The position numbers and the translations under genes were made by a program. A stretch of 26,355 bases of DNA from a bacterium (lineage in GTDB: Bacteria > SZUA-182 > DTGQ01): NCBI GenBank assembly GCA_040752695.1, contig JBFMGO010000087.1, forward strand, positions 1 to 26,355, in the 5' to 3' direction. Shown here piece by piece: positions 8,637 to 16,526 of this stretch. The notes under the pieces are model-generated. The model was not told where the DNA came from, ran no database searches, and saw only the letters and a list, made by a program, of their open reading frames with translations. The stretch's first letter is position 1; every line of letters begins with the position of its first letter.

Positions 8637-9290
8637 TCACTTCTTCTTATTCACTGTCAAAACCCGAGGTTTGATGTTTTTGGAATAATCCTTGGGAGCA
8701 AAGACTTCCTTTATCGCCTCTACCTTTCCTAACTCTTTCAAACGCTCATAAATCTTGACCCAGGCACAGTCCCTGTCAGGATCAACCTCGCATTTGCCGT
8801 CACTCATGCCGCCACAGGGGCCATTCAAAAGCCCCTTGGAGCAGGTTGTCACCGGGCAGATCCCAGCCGTTTTGTCCAGGATGCACTCTCCACATAAAGA
8901 ACAGCGCTCCTCGAATTGCCCGAATCGCTTCACCGTGCCCAGAAAAAGGCTGTCCAGTGCAGGTACAGCCGGTACCTCCTGAAGTTCTGAAATCGTCTGG
9001 ACACCGGCACCACAGGCCATGACCACTACAGCTTCGGCTTCGGCCAGTTCGGCCTTTTTAAGCCGCAGCTCTTTTTTGCTGCTCAGAACATGGCAGGCAG
9101 ATTCAAGTACGCAATAACCCACAACCTCCCTGCCCTCTCCCGCAAGGAGTTGCTTCATCTCCAGAACCTGCTCTTCTCCCCCGCTCTGACAGGTGGCAGC
9201 GCACAGGCTGCAACCGATCAAGAAAACCTTTCTCTTCCCCTGAAGACTGCTCAGAATTTCATCGAAGGGTTTTTGCCGGGTGATGATCAT
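8637..9290 (-). CDS. metV: MetV, Cys-rich MTHFR partner subunit, copy 2
   Basis: Motifs GCSLCAATCQSGG, CGAGVQ and ERCSLCGEC...CPVTTCSKGLLNGPCGG...KCE...DCAW. Confidence 0.9.
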   Translation of the reverse strand: MIITRQKPFDEILSSLQGKRKVFLIGCSLCAATCQSGGEEQVLEMKQLLAGEGREVVGYCVLESACHVLSSKKELRLKKAELAEAEAVVVMACGAGVQTISELQEVPAVPALDSLFLGTVKRFGQFEERCSLCGECILDKTAGICPVTTCSKGLLNGPCGGMSDGKCEVDPDRDCAWVKIYERLKELGKVEAIKEVFAPKDYSKNIKPRVLTVNKKK

Positions 9291-9291
9291 A

Positions 9292-9669
9292 TCAGTTGTA
9301 CTCTTCTTGCAGGTACTGCTGGTATTCCTCCTCGTCGAGCAGGTTATTCAGTTCCCCGGGATTTTCCAGGAGCACCTTGATAATCCATCCTCTTTCGTAA
9401 GGATCCTCATTGACCAACTCCGGCTCGTCATCGAGGGCTTCGTTTACCTCGGTAACGGTGCCGCTTACCGGAGAGATCAGGTCAGTTACCGCTTTGGAGG
9501 ATTCAATCTGGCCAAAAGAGCTTGACTGCCGCACCTTTTTACCAGTAGTTTCAACCAGTAAAACGTCACCCAACTCCTCCTGAGCATGATCGGTGATTCC
9601 AACTATTCCCTTATTCCCCTCCACTCTGACCCACAAGTGCTCTTTATTGAAGTATAATTTTCCAGCCAT
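9292..9669 (-). CDS. gcvH: Glycine cleavage system H protein (lipoyl carrier)
   Basis: Motifs EHLWV, VGITDHAQEELGD, IESSKAV (lipoyl Lys), PVSG and PELVNEDPY..GWI. The ATG at 9669 follows an AAGGAG RBS (the ORF track starts at 9687). Confidence 0.93.
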   Translation of the reverse strand: MAGKLYFNKEHLWVRVEGNKGIVGITDHAQEELGDVLLVETTGKKVRQSSSFGQIESSKAVTDLISPVSGTVTEVNEALDDEPELVNEDPYERGWIIKVLLENPGELNNLLDEEEYQQYLQEEYN

Positions 9670-9723
9670 GATCAATCTCTCCTTCATTTTCCCTCATGAG
9701 AAGACGGCAAAAAGCATTCAAAA

Positions 9724-9797
9724 AGCCTGCCCGAAAAAATCCTTAGAAAGACACTTCATCACCATGAGTGCCTTAAAACCCGCTTTTCGGACAGGTT
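9724..9797. repeat. 74-bp element with 14-bp imperfect terminal inverted repeats (MITE-like or an mRNA stem)
   Basis: AGCCTGCCCGAAAA (9724-9737) and TTTTCGGACAGGTT (9784-9797) are 12/14 complementary. Confidence 0.55.
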
Positions 9798-10645
9798 CAG
9801 GAGAAAATCTCCGCAGATTTAACGGTATTCGCCATAAGCATGGTAATGGTCATGGGACCTACGCCGCCAGGCACGGGAGTGATCGCTGCAACTTTGTCTT
9901 TCATCCCTTCAAAGTCCACATCCCCGACAAGCTTTCCATCTGCAAGGCGGTTTACTCCGACATCAATTACCACAGCCCCTTCCTTGACCATATCGGCCGT
10001 GATCATCTTCGGTTTGCCAATGGCGGCGATAAGGATATCGGCCCTCTTAGTCTCATCAGCCAGGGATTTTGTTCTTGAGTGGCAAATGGTTACCGTGGCA
10101 TGCTCATGCAACAGCAGGCTGGCCACTGGTTTTCCGACAATATTGCTTCGGCCTACCACCACGACATTTTTCCCTTTGATGTCGATCTTACTGGCGTGCA
10201 GAAGTTCGACCACTCCGGCCGGTGTGCAGGGGGGAAAAAGGGCTTTTCCCAGGACGAGATTGCCAATATTCACCGGATGAAAGCCATCTACATCCTTGGT
10301 GGGGACAATCGCCTCAATGACCATTTCCTCGTTGAAATGGCCGGGCAGAGGGAGCTGAACTAAAATTCCGTTGATTTTCTCATCCTGATTCAGCCGGTTG
10401 ATAAGGGCCAATACCTCGTCCTGACTGGTATTGGCAGGCAGGGCGTATTTCTCGGAATGAATGCCAAGGCTCTCGCAGGCCTTCTCCTTCATGCGGACAT
10501 AGACCTTTGAGGCAGGATTTTCCCCTACCAGAATAACTGCCAGTCCGGGAGTTTTCCCTTTTTCCTTGAGAGTTTCAATCCTGCTTTTCAGCTTTTCCCG
10601 CAACTCATTGCCGATTTTCGTCCCGTCGATAATCATGCCACTCAT
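9797..10645 (-). CDS. folD: Bifunctional methylene-THF dehydrogenase / methenyl-THF cyclohydrolase
   Basis: Motifs PGLAVILVG, YVRMK, GILVQLPLP, KDVDGFHP, PCTPAG, GRSNIVGKP and TPVPGGVGPMT. Confidence 0.97.
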   Translation of the reverse strand: MSGMIIDGTKIGNELREKLKSRIETLKEKGKTPGLAVILVGENPASKVYVRMKEKACESLGIHSEKYALPANTSQDEVLALINRLNQDEKINGILVQLPLPGHFNEEMVIEAIVPTKDVDGFHPVNIGNLVLGKALFPPCTPAGVVELLHASKIDIKGKNVVVVGRSNIVGKPVASLLLHEHATVTICHSRTKSLADETKRADILIAAIGKPKMITADMVKEGAVVIDVGVNRLADGKLVGDVDFEGMKDKVAAITPVPGGVGPMTITMLMANTVKSAEIFS

Positions 10646-10777
10646 TCACGACCCTCCTTAATTTCCTTTTATCTTCCTCAATCCTTGAGGCATCAAGGTC
10701 TGTTCTTCCTGTATTGAAAACCTTCCTCCCTTGTTTCTCATGTTCTCTTCATTCAAGAAAACCTTACCGCAGAACCC

Positions 10778-11335
10778 TCAGCGGTTCTGAATGAGTTCCA
10801 GCATCTCCGCCCTTGTTTTCGGATTGGTTCGAAAGGCACCCCGTACAGCCGAAGTAATCACTTTGGCATGAGGTTTTTTCACCCCCCGCATGGACATGCA
10901 CAGGTGTTCGGCCTGGATCACCACCATGGCGCCTATCGGTTTCAATCCATCCATAACGATATTCACCAGTTCCTTGGTCAGCCGTTCCTGAAGCTGGGGC
11001 CTCTTGGCCAGTACATCGAGAATCTGGGCCAGTTTGCTGATTCCTATGATCTCCCCGCGGTTGGGCAGATAGGCGATGTGGGCATCTCCAAAGAAGGGAA
11101 GCAGATGGTGCTCACAGATTGAATAAAAGGGGAGATCTTTCACCAGCACCATCTCGTCATATTCCTCTCCCTTAATGGGAGTCATGATCTTTCGCGGGTC
11201 CCGCTCCAATCCGGCAAAAATTTCCTGGTACATCTCGGCTATGCGGACCGGCGTTCTCTCCACTCCCGGCCAGTCGGCTATGCCGATGCCTTCAAGGACC
11301 AGCCTGACCCCTGCCTCTATTTTTTGTGTATCCAT
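10778..11335 (-). CDS. folE: GTP cyclohydrolase I (type IA)
   Basis: Motifs [31 protein letters not shown] and HLCMSMRGV. Confidence 0.96.
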   Translation of the reverse strand: MDTQKIEAGVRLVLEGIGIADWPGVERTPVRIAEMYQEIFAGLERDPRKIMTPIKGEEYDEMVLVKDLPFYSICEHHLLPFFGDAHIAYLPNRGEIIGISKLAQILDVLAKRPQLQERLTKELVNIVMDGLKPIGAMVVIQAEHLCMSMRGVKKPHAKVITSAVRGAFRTNPKTRAEMLELIQNR

Positions 11336-11509
11336 TTTTCCTTATTTTCTTGACTGCTGTTGCCTTGCATACACCACGCATGAAATACGCGGCCAGTTAG
11401 GTGTTCCGCTCAGGTGCCATGGAGTCCTTGTTTGCACCCTCCCTAATCTGCTGTTTCCTTCCCCGAAATCCTCATATGAGCCGCTTGTTAGAGGCTTTTG
11501 AGAGGCCGG

Positions 11510-12295
11510 TTACTGCCGGGCAGCCAGCCTGGCATCCAGGAATTTTTTGATTTTCTCGATCCCGGCAACTGTTTCCCGGCAGGAGGAAAAGGGGGATTCC
11601 CCCTTTGAATCAGCCTCGACCAGTTCCCAGGAGAATGGCAAAAAGCCGATGATTTCAAAATCGGGCAACTGGCTCTGAATAAACTCTTTATCCTCAGGAT
11701 TTCGCACCTTGTTGGCGACGAGAAAACTTTCCGAAATCCCCAGATCCAGAGCCAACTGACGGATATCCCGGGCGGTCTGAAGGCTCCTTTTACCCGGCTC
11801 TACGACAATCAAAAAGGCATTGACCGCTCTGGCCGTTCCTCTGCCCAGATGCTCGATTCCGGCCTCCATGTCCAGAATCAGCATTTCCCCCTTCTTCAAT
11901 AGAAGATGAGTCACCAGGGTCTTGAGAAAGACGCCTTCAGGGCAATAACATCCGCTGCCGCCGGGCTTGGGTTTGCCAAGTGACAGAAGGCGGATGTTTT
12001 CAAACTGGATCCCGAACCGGTCAGCCACATCATCCACAGAAGGGTTCATCCTGAAAAATCCTCCTGCTCCTCCCGGCCTGGCACCCGTACGCTCTTCAAT
12101 CAGGGAGGATAAGGAACAAAGAGGCTGAATCTTCAGGATTTCCGATTCCGGAAAGCCAATAGCCGATGCCAGATTTGCATCCGGATCAGCATCGACGGCC
12201 AGGACCTTTTGTCCCGTTTGAGAATAGAGTCTTGCCAGGACGGCAGATACCGTAGTTTTTCCCACTCCTCCTTTACCAGTAACAGCAATTTTCAC
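11510..12295 (-). CDS. cooC: CooC/AcsF-family nickel-insertion ATPase (CODH/ACS maturation)
   Basis: Deviant Walker A GKGGVGKTT, DADPDANL, GCYCPE (CxC Ni site) and DMEAGIEHLGRG. GTG start after AGGAG. Confidence 0.92.
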   Translation of the reverse strand: MKIAVTGKGGVGKTTVSAVLARLYSQTGQKVLAVDADPDANLASAIGFPESEILKIQPLCSLSSLIEERTGARPGGAGGFFRMNPSVDDVADRFGIQFENIRLLSLGKPKPGGSGCYCPEGVFLKTLVTHLLLKKGEMLILDMEAGIEHLGRGTARAVNAFLIVVEPGKRSLQTARDIRQLALDLGISESFLVANKVRNPEDKEFIQSQLPDFEIIGFLPFSWELVEADSKGESPFSSCRETVAGIEKIKKFLDARLAARQ

Positions 12296-12378
12296 TATCC
12301 GATATACTCCTTATGAATGATCTCTTATGAACGATCCATGTACACAATCTGCACAACAAAACCTGACATGCCAAAGCC

Positions 12379-13176
12379 TTAAATAAACTCCGAACCATAG
12401 CCTATCCGGCGGGAAATCTCCAGAGCGGCCTTTTTGACCAAAGGAACCAGTTCTTTCTCCACCCTCTCGTCAGACATTCGATGAATGGGACCGGAAATAC
12501 ACACACCGGCCACCACGTTCTCCGTATAATCCCGTATGGGAGCGCCGACGCACTTGACGTCTTCTTCGTATTCTTCATTATCGACAGCGTAACCCTGGCT
12601 GCGAACCAGATCCAAATGCTTCAACATCTCCGTTTCCGAAATGATGGTGTTTTTCGTAAAACCCTTAAGCCCTGTTTCCTTGAGCAGTTTCCGGATCTCC
12701 TCCGGTGATTTGTAGGCTATCTGCACTTTGCCGGCTGAAGTGCAAAATATCGGGGACCTGCGGCCCAGCATGGGGATAATTCGAACCGGACGGCTGGTTT
12801 CCATCATATCGACATAGATAACCTCTCCACGGTCGCAAACGGACAGATAAACGGTTTCCATGGTCTTGGTTGCCAGTGCGTCGAGAATATCATGGGCCTG
12901 GCTGACCAGTCCCATCCTTCGCAAGCAGGATTGCCCCAATTCGAAACACCTCAACCCGAGACGGTAATTGCCGGTAGCGGGATTCTGCTCGATGTATCCC
13001 TGATAGGAGAGAGTGGAAAGCAATCGAAAAATATTGTTTTTGGGAAGTCTCAATCGATTGCTTAAAGTGGTGACTCCGAGCTCTTTCTCATTACTCATGA
13101 TAAAGACATTCAAAACGTCCAGAGCATGAAGTACAGACTGAATCAAGTACTCAGAAGCTTCTTTCTTATGCATCAC
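12379..13176 (-). CDS. IclR-family transcriptional regulator
   Basis: N-terminal HTH (IQSVLHALDVL...LGVTTLS..L.LPKNNIFRLL.TL...GY...YRLG) and C-terminal effector domain (CTSAGK, GYAVDNEE, CVGAPI, ISGP). The start is GTG 13176 or ATG 13173. Confidence 0.95.
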   Translation of the reverse strand: MMHKKEASEYLIQSVLHALDVLNVFIMSNEKELGVTTLSNRLRLPKNNIFRLLSTLSYQGYIEQNPATGNYRLGLRCFELGQSCLRRMGLVSQAHDILDALATKTMETVYLSVCDRGEVIYVDMMETSRPVRIIPMLGRRSPIFCTSAGKVQIAYKSPEEIRKLLKETGLKGFTKNTIISETEMLKHLDLVRSQGYAVDNEEYEEDVKCVGAPIRDYTENVVAGVCISGPIHRMSDERVEKELVPLVKKAALEISRRIGYGSEFI

Positions 13177-13326
13177 TCTCTAACCTTAAAATATAATAGA
13201 AAAGCATTTTGATTGGAGGAACGATACGTGCATTTGCAGAAATCCTGCACAAAATCGGTGCTTTTCTGAATGAAACAGAATCCCCTTTCGCTCTCTTTCG
13301 TTAAAAAGGAAGAGGCAGCAAAAAAA

Positions 13327-13355
13327 AGTTTAACACACTGTTCTATTCTTGTCAA
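13327..13355 (-). promoter_or_regulatory. Sigma70-type promoter for iclR and the C1 operon
   Basis: Minus strand TTGACA-17 nt-TAAACT with an extended -10 TGn. Confidence 0.7.
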
Positions 13356-13498
13356 CAAAAATACCTGCGTTGTTCAGGCGATCGGAGAATAATTCAAAGA
13401 CTCGTTATAGACAAGGAGAACAGATACGAATCTATGATAAAAATAACCATAAATTCAATCTGTTATATAGGGTTTGTCTTTTTCTGGAGGGACACGCC

Positions 13499-13519
13499 GC
13501 TTTCTATACAATAGAAAGC
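13499..13519. promoter_or_regulatory. Perfect palindrome, candidate IclR operator
   Basis: GCTTTCTAT-ACA-ATAGAAAGC. Related sites lie at 13186-13202 and 13339-13357. Confidence 0.6.
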
Positions 13520-13742
13520 TGTTTTAAATTTCTGCCAACCTGACGAATAAGCCAAATCAGGGGAATTTCTCTGGCAAAGGTATGGACAAAGCATTCTTGA
13601 GCTTCCGCACCCCCACATGGAGAGGCGTCTGGATTTTCTCTTTGCAAACAGGCAGAAAGAGGCTGAAAATCCCCTGACAAATTCGAAAGGCAGATACCTG
13701 GACACTCAAGACACACAAAGAAAAACAAAAAAGGGGGGGATA

Positions 13743-14276
13743 CTATCTGGTTTCTCGAAAGGTACGCTGGTTGTGGCATTCTGTGCAGTCGGTGCCGTTT
13801 TCGCCCTCATGAACATCCCGATGGCAATGAATGCATTGATTTTTATCGAGCAGATAGCTGCCCTTCTTATGGCAGGCTTCGCATTTTAAAAGATCATGGC
13901 TGCCCTCTATCGGCCATCCGGTTAAGGCGTGATCAAAGGTTTTCGGATCTATATGCGCGATACGATATGACCTTCCATGATGTTCTGAATGGCAGTGTTC
14001 GCATTCCCAGGAAACCCTGGAATGGAAACCGGTTTTGGCTTGAATCATCGTTTTGATTTCCTGGTGGCAATCCAGACATTTCCTGGTATCCAGCCGTTTG
14101 CCTCTCGTATGGCAGGCCGCACAATCACCGTTTGCATCAAGTTCTTCATGCGCCGAGGAGAGCGGGCCGGGGGAAAACAGTTGAGACCATTTGAGGTGAC
14201 ATCCCGCATACAGGAACACCGAAACGCACGCTATTACGAAAATAAGGAAAAGAGTCCTTCTCGTCAGAAGATCCAT
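13743..14276 (-). CDS. Exported or membrane-anchored hexaheme c-type cytochrome
   Basis: Six CxxCH motifs (CAACH, CLDCH, CEHCH, CEACH, CIHCH, CTECH), an N-terminal basic plus hydrophobic segment, an SPGPLSSAH motif and many spare His for bis-His ligation. Confidence 0.92.
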   Translation of the reverse strand: MDLLTRRTLFLIFVIACVSVFLYAGCHLKWSQLFSPGPLSSAHEELDANGDCAACHTRGKRLDTRKCLDCHQEIKTMIQAKTGFHSRVSWECEHCHSEHHGRSYRIAHIDPKTFDHALTGWPIEGSHDLLKCEACHKKGSYLLDKNQCIHCHRDVHEGENGTDCTECHNQRTFRETR

Positions 14277-15142
14277 CGATACCCCCAGTATGAGGTAACC
14301 AGAACATGGGCCAGGGTAATGAAAAAAAGCAGGTAACTGGAAACCTTATGAATAATCTCCCATTTGTTCAATACGCAAAGACATACATCCAGAACGGCGA
14401 TGGAGCGGATATCTCTCAGCCTCTTGATAAGCTGGTCTGCCCACTTGTGCAACTCACCCTGTTGATCATCGTCATATTTTTCGTTTATGAGATCGAGCAA
14501 AGACCCGGTTTCTTTTTTGATCGACCGCCACTGGCGGATTGTTTCGACGAGTCCTGAACTGCACGGGAATCCAGGCGGTTTCAGGTCCATTATTCTTTCG
14601 ATGACCGGGGAAATCCGGCTGGCGTTTCTTAAATCCCTCTCTATGAGAAGGTCGATTTCATGCAGGGGCTCATAGATAGAGGAAATGCCCCAAAAGCAGT
14701 ACCCGGCGAGAAACCTTCCGAACACTCCTGAAATCACCACGACAATCATGAGCCAGAACGCCACCCCGACTATCCCCTTAAGGGCAAAAGCGGAATGGAA
14801 CACAATAAGGACGGGGCCCAGAATACCAAAGAAAACATGGATCTCCAGCCAGAGGGAAAGAGGGCCTAAAAACTCAAAACACTCGACCCTTTTCCTCAAG
14901 ACATAGAGAGTGTAGGAAAGAAGCATGAAAATGGTTCCCACAACGCCCAGTGCATGACCTACGGTTCCCGAAGGTTTAAATCGAAGGTGCAGCGCAGTGT
15001 TAAGATACCTGACCTGCTCAGGGATGAAAATATACGGCTTGTAGAGGAAGGAGAGATACCCTGCCGTAAGGATAACGAGAATAAGCCACAAAAGACGAAA
15101 AATCCACTGCCTGTCCCGATAACGAACTCTATTCTCTGCCAT
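14264..15142 (-). CDS. Polytopic membrane protein, probable di-heme b (ferric-reductase-like) transmembrane electron conduit
   Basis: About 5-6 hydrophobic helices and two H-x13-H helices (HVFFGILGPVLIVFH; HKVSSYLLFFITLAH). The ATG at 15142 lies just after the upstream stop; the 15343 extension in the ORF track overlaps the upstream gene. Confidence 0.75.
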   Translation of the reverse strand: MAENRVRYRDRQWIFRLLWLILVILTAGYLSFLYKPYIFIPEQVRYLNTALHLRFKPSGTVGHALGVVGTIFMLLSYTLYVLRKRVECFEFLGPLSLWLEIHVFFGILGPVLIVFHSAFALKGIVGVAFWLMIVVVISGVFGRFLAGYCFWGISSIYEPLHEIDLLIERDLRNASRISPVIERIMDLKPPGFPCSSGLVETIRQWRSIKKETGSLLDLINEKYDDDQQGELHKWADQLIKRLRDIRSIAVLDVCLCVLNKWEIIHKVSSYLLFFITLAHVLVTSYWGYRWIF

Positions 15143-15150
15143 TGTTTCCC

Positions 15151-16419
15151 TTACCTTCGGTCCCTGGGAGCTTTTCCTTCGTCCCCATGGTGAGCACCGT
15201 GAGCATGATGGGCATGGTGATCCCCGCTTTCGGCCCCTTCGAGTGAGTACTTTAAGAGCTCCCTCAACTCGACATTGATCGACCCCTTGTTCTTCGAGAT
15301 AAAGTCTTCGATAGTCATGATCTTGAGAGCCCCTGTGGGACAATTATGAACGCAGGCCCTGTTTGAATAGCCTGCACAGCCATCACATTTTACCGCTACC
15401 TTGAACTGGCGTTTTTTCCTGATATTCCGGTCTATGTAATCGAGGGTGATAGCGCCTGTCGGACATATCTTGGCGCATTCGCCGCATCCCGTACATGCCT
15501 GGGTAAGCTCAAGGAACGGAGTGCCGATCCGTCTGTTGATGCCGCGCTGTACAAATCCTATGGCGCTTGCCCCGATATTCTGCTCGCAGACACGAACGCA
15601 GAGCCCGCACAGAATGCAGGCATCCGGGTCATTCCTGAGCATAAAGCGGCTCTTGGCCACTCCCGCATCCTTGGCCATGTTCTCGATTACGTCAGAACCC
15701 GGACATCTGGCCATGAGCAGTTCAAAAATCATCCTGCGGGTTTTTATCACCCTTTCCGTATCAGTCGTTACGATGATGCCTTCCTGCACGGGATACATGC
15801 AAGAAGGGTAGAGGCGGGTTATCTTCCCTGCGCTCACCTCAACCAGGCAGATACGGCAGGCGCCCAGAGAACTCACCGCCGGATGATAGCAAAGGGTGGG
15901 GATATGGATGCCATATCTATTGGCAACGTCCAACACCGTCTCCTCCCGCATACCCATTACCGCCTGCTCATTGATGGTGAATTGGACCAGGTCCTCCCTC
16001 GGCCTGTATTCCAGGATAACCCGCGAAAGAAAGACCGATTCCTGTCTGAGCCGGTCCAGAACCACCAGAGGAAGCCGGTCGATGTAGTCCTCCGTTTTGA
16101 TTATGCAGTGCGTAGCGCCCAGCCTCAGCGCGTCAGCAGCCATCATCTCATTTCTGTGACCGATCAGAACTATCACGGGCTTTTTGTAGTGCCCCCGTAT
16201 CTTCTGTAAAACCTCAAGGCCATTTTTCCGGGTAAGCTCGAGGTCAAGGATGATGAGGTCATACTGTATCGCCTTCTCAAGATATGAAAAGCACTCCTCA
16301 GCACTCGCAGCAGGCTCTATGATCATGGACCCGGGTAGACCATGCAGCTTTTCCTTGATCAATCTGGCATGAGTAGGATCATCTTCAAGCAGAAGGATAG
16401 TATTTATGGCGTTTTCCAT
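15151..16419 (-). CDS. Fusion of a response-regulator receiver domain, a NuoG/HydA-type N-terminal FeS module ([2Fe-2S] + 2x[4Fe-4S]), an orphan [4Fe-4S] Cys group and a His-rich tail
   Basis: Receiver: LLLEDD...LIILD59...GA..IIK108. FeS: IPTLCYH...GACRIC...SC, CILCGLCVRVC and CTGCGECAKICP. Extra group KCDGCAGYSNRACVHNCP. Tail HHAHHAHGAHH. There is no H-cluster or molybdopterin domain. Confidence 0.85.
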   Translation of the reverse strand: MENAINTILLLEDDPTHARLIKEKLHGLPGSMIIEPAASAEECFSYLEKAIQYDLIILDLELTRKNGLEVLQKIRGHYKKPVIVLIGHRNEMMAADALRLGATHCIIKTEDYIDRLPLVVLDRLRQESVFLSRVILEYRPREDLVQFTINEQAVMGMREETVLDVANRYGIHIPTLCYHPAVSSLGACRICLVEVSAGKITRLYPSCMYPVQEGIIVTTDTERVIKTRRMIFELLMARCPGSDVIENMAKDAGVAKSRFMLRNDPDACILCGLCVRVCEQNIGASAIGFVQRGINRRIGTPFLELTQACTGCGECAKICPTGAITLDYIDRNIRKKRQFKVAVKCDGCAGYSNRACVHNCPTGALKIMTIEDFISKNKGSINVELRELLKYSLEGAESGDHHAHHAHGAHHGDEGKAPRDRR

Positions 16420-16526
16420 CTTTTACCTCTTTCATGAACCCGTTTTCATTCACCTTTTGCCTCTCTCACTCACCCTTTTTGCCCCTTTCATTCCGCTGCC
16501 ACTCTTTCTGTCCCGCCTCTTCCAGG

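Noticed and set aside
10646..11509. THF, ZTP or other riboswitch in the spacers before folE or folD
   Set aside because: Only small hairpins are visible (e.g. CCTCAA-TCC-TTGAGG at 10676-10690) and I recognised no consensus. An Infernal/Rfam scan would be decisive.
13173..13889. Short ORFs in the iclR upstream region
   Set aside because: They have no motifs or convincing RBS, and they overlap the promoter, the operator sites or the cytochrome gene.
14190..14276. Tat or lipoprotein signal on the hexaheme cytochrome (TRRTLF; YAGC)
   Set aside because: Both motifs are imperfect and c-type cytochromes are normally Sec-exported. It is treated as a Sec signal or membrane anchor pending SignalP.
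15143..15343. 67-aa N-terminal extension of the membrane protein in the ORF track
   Set aside because: It overlaps the conserved Cys and His-tail coding region of the upstream gene in another frame. The ATG at 15142 just after the upstream stop is the better start.
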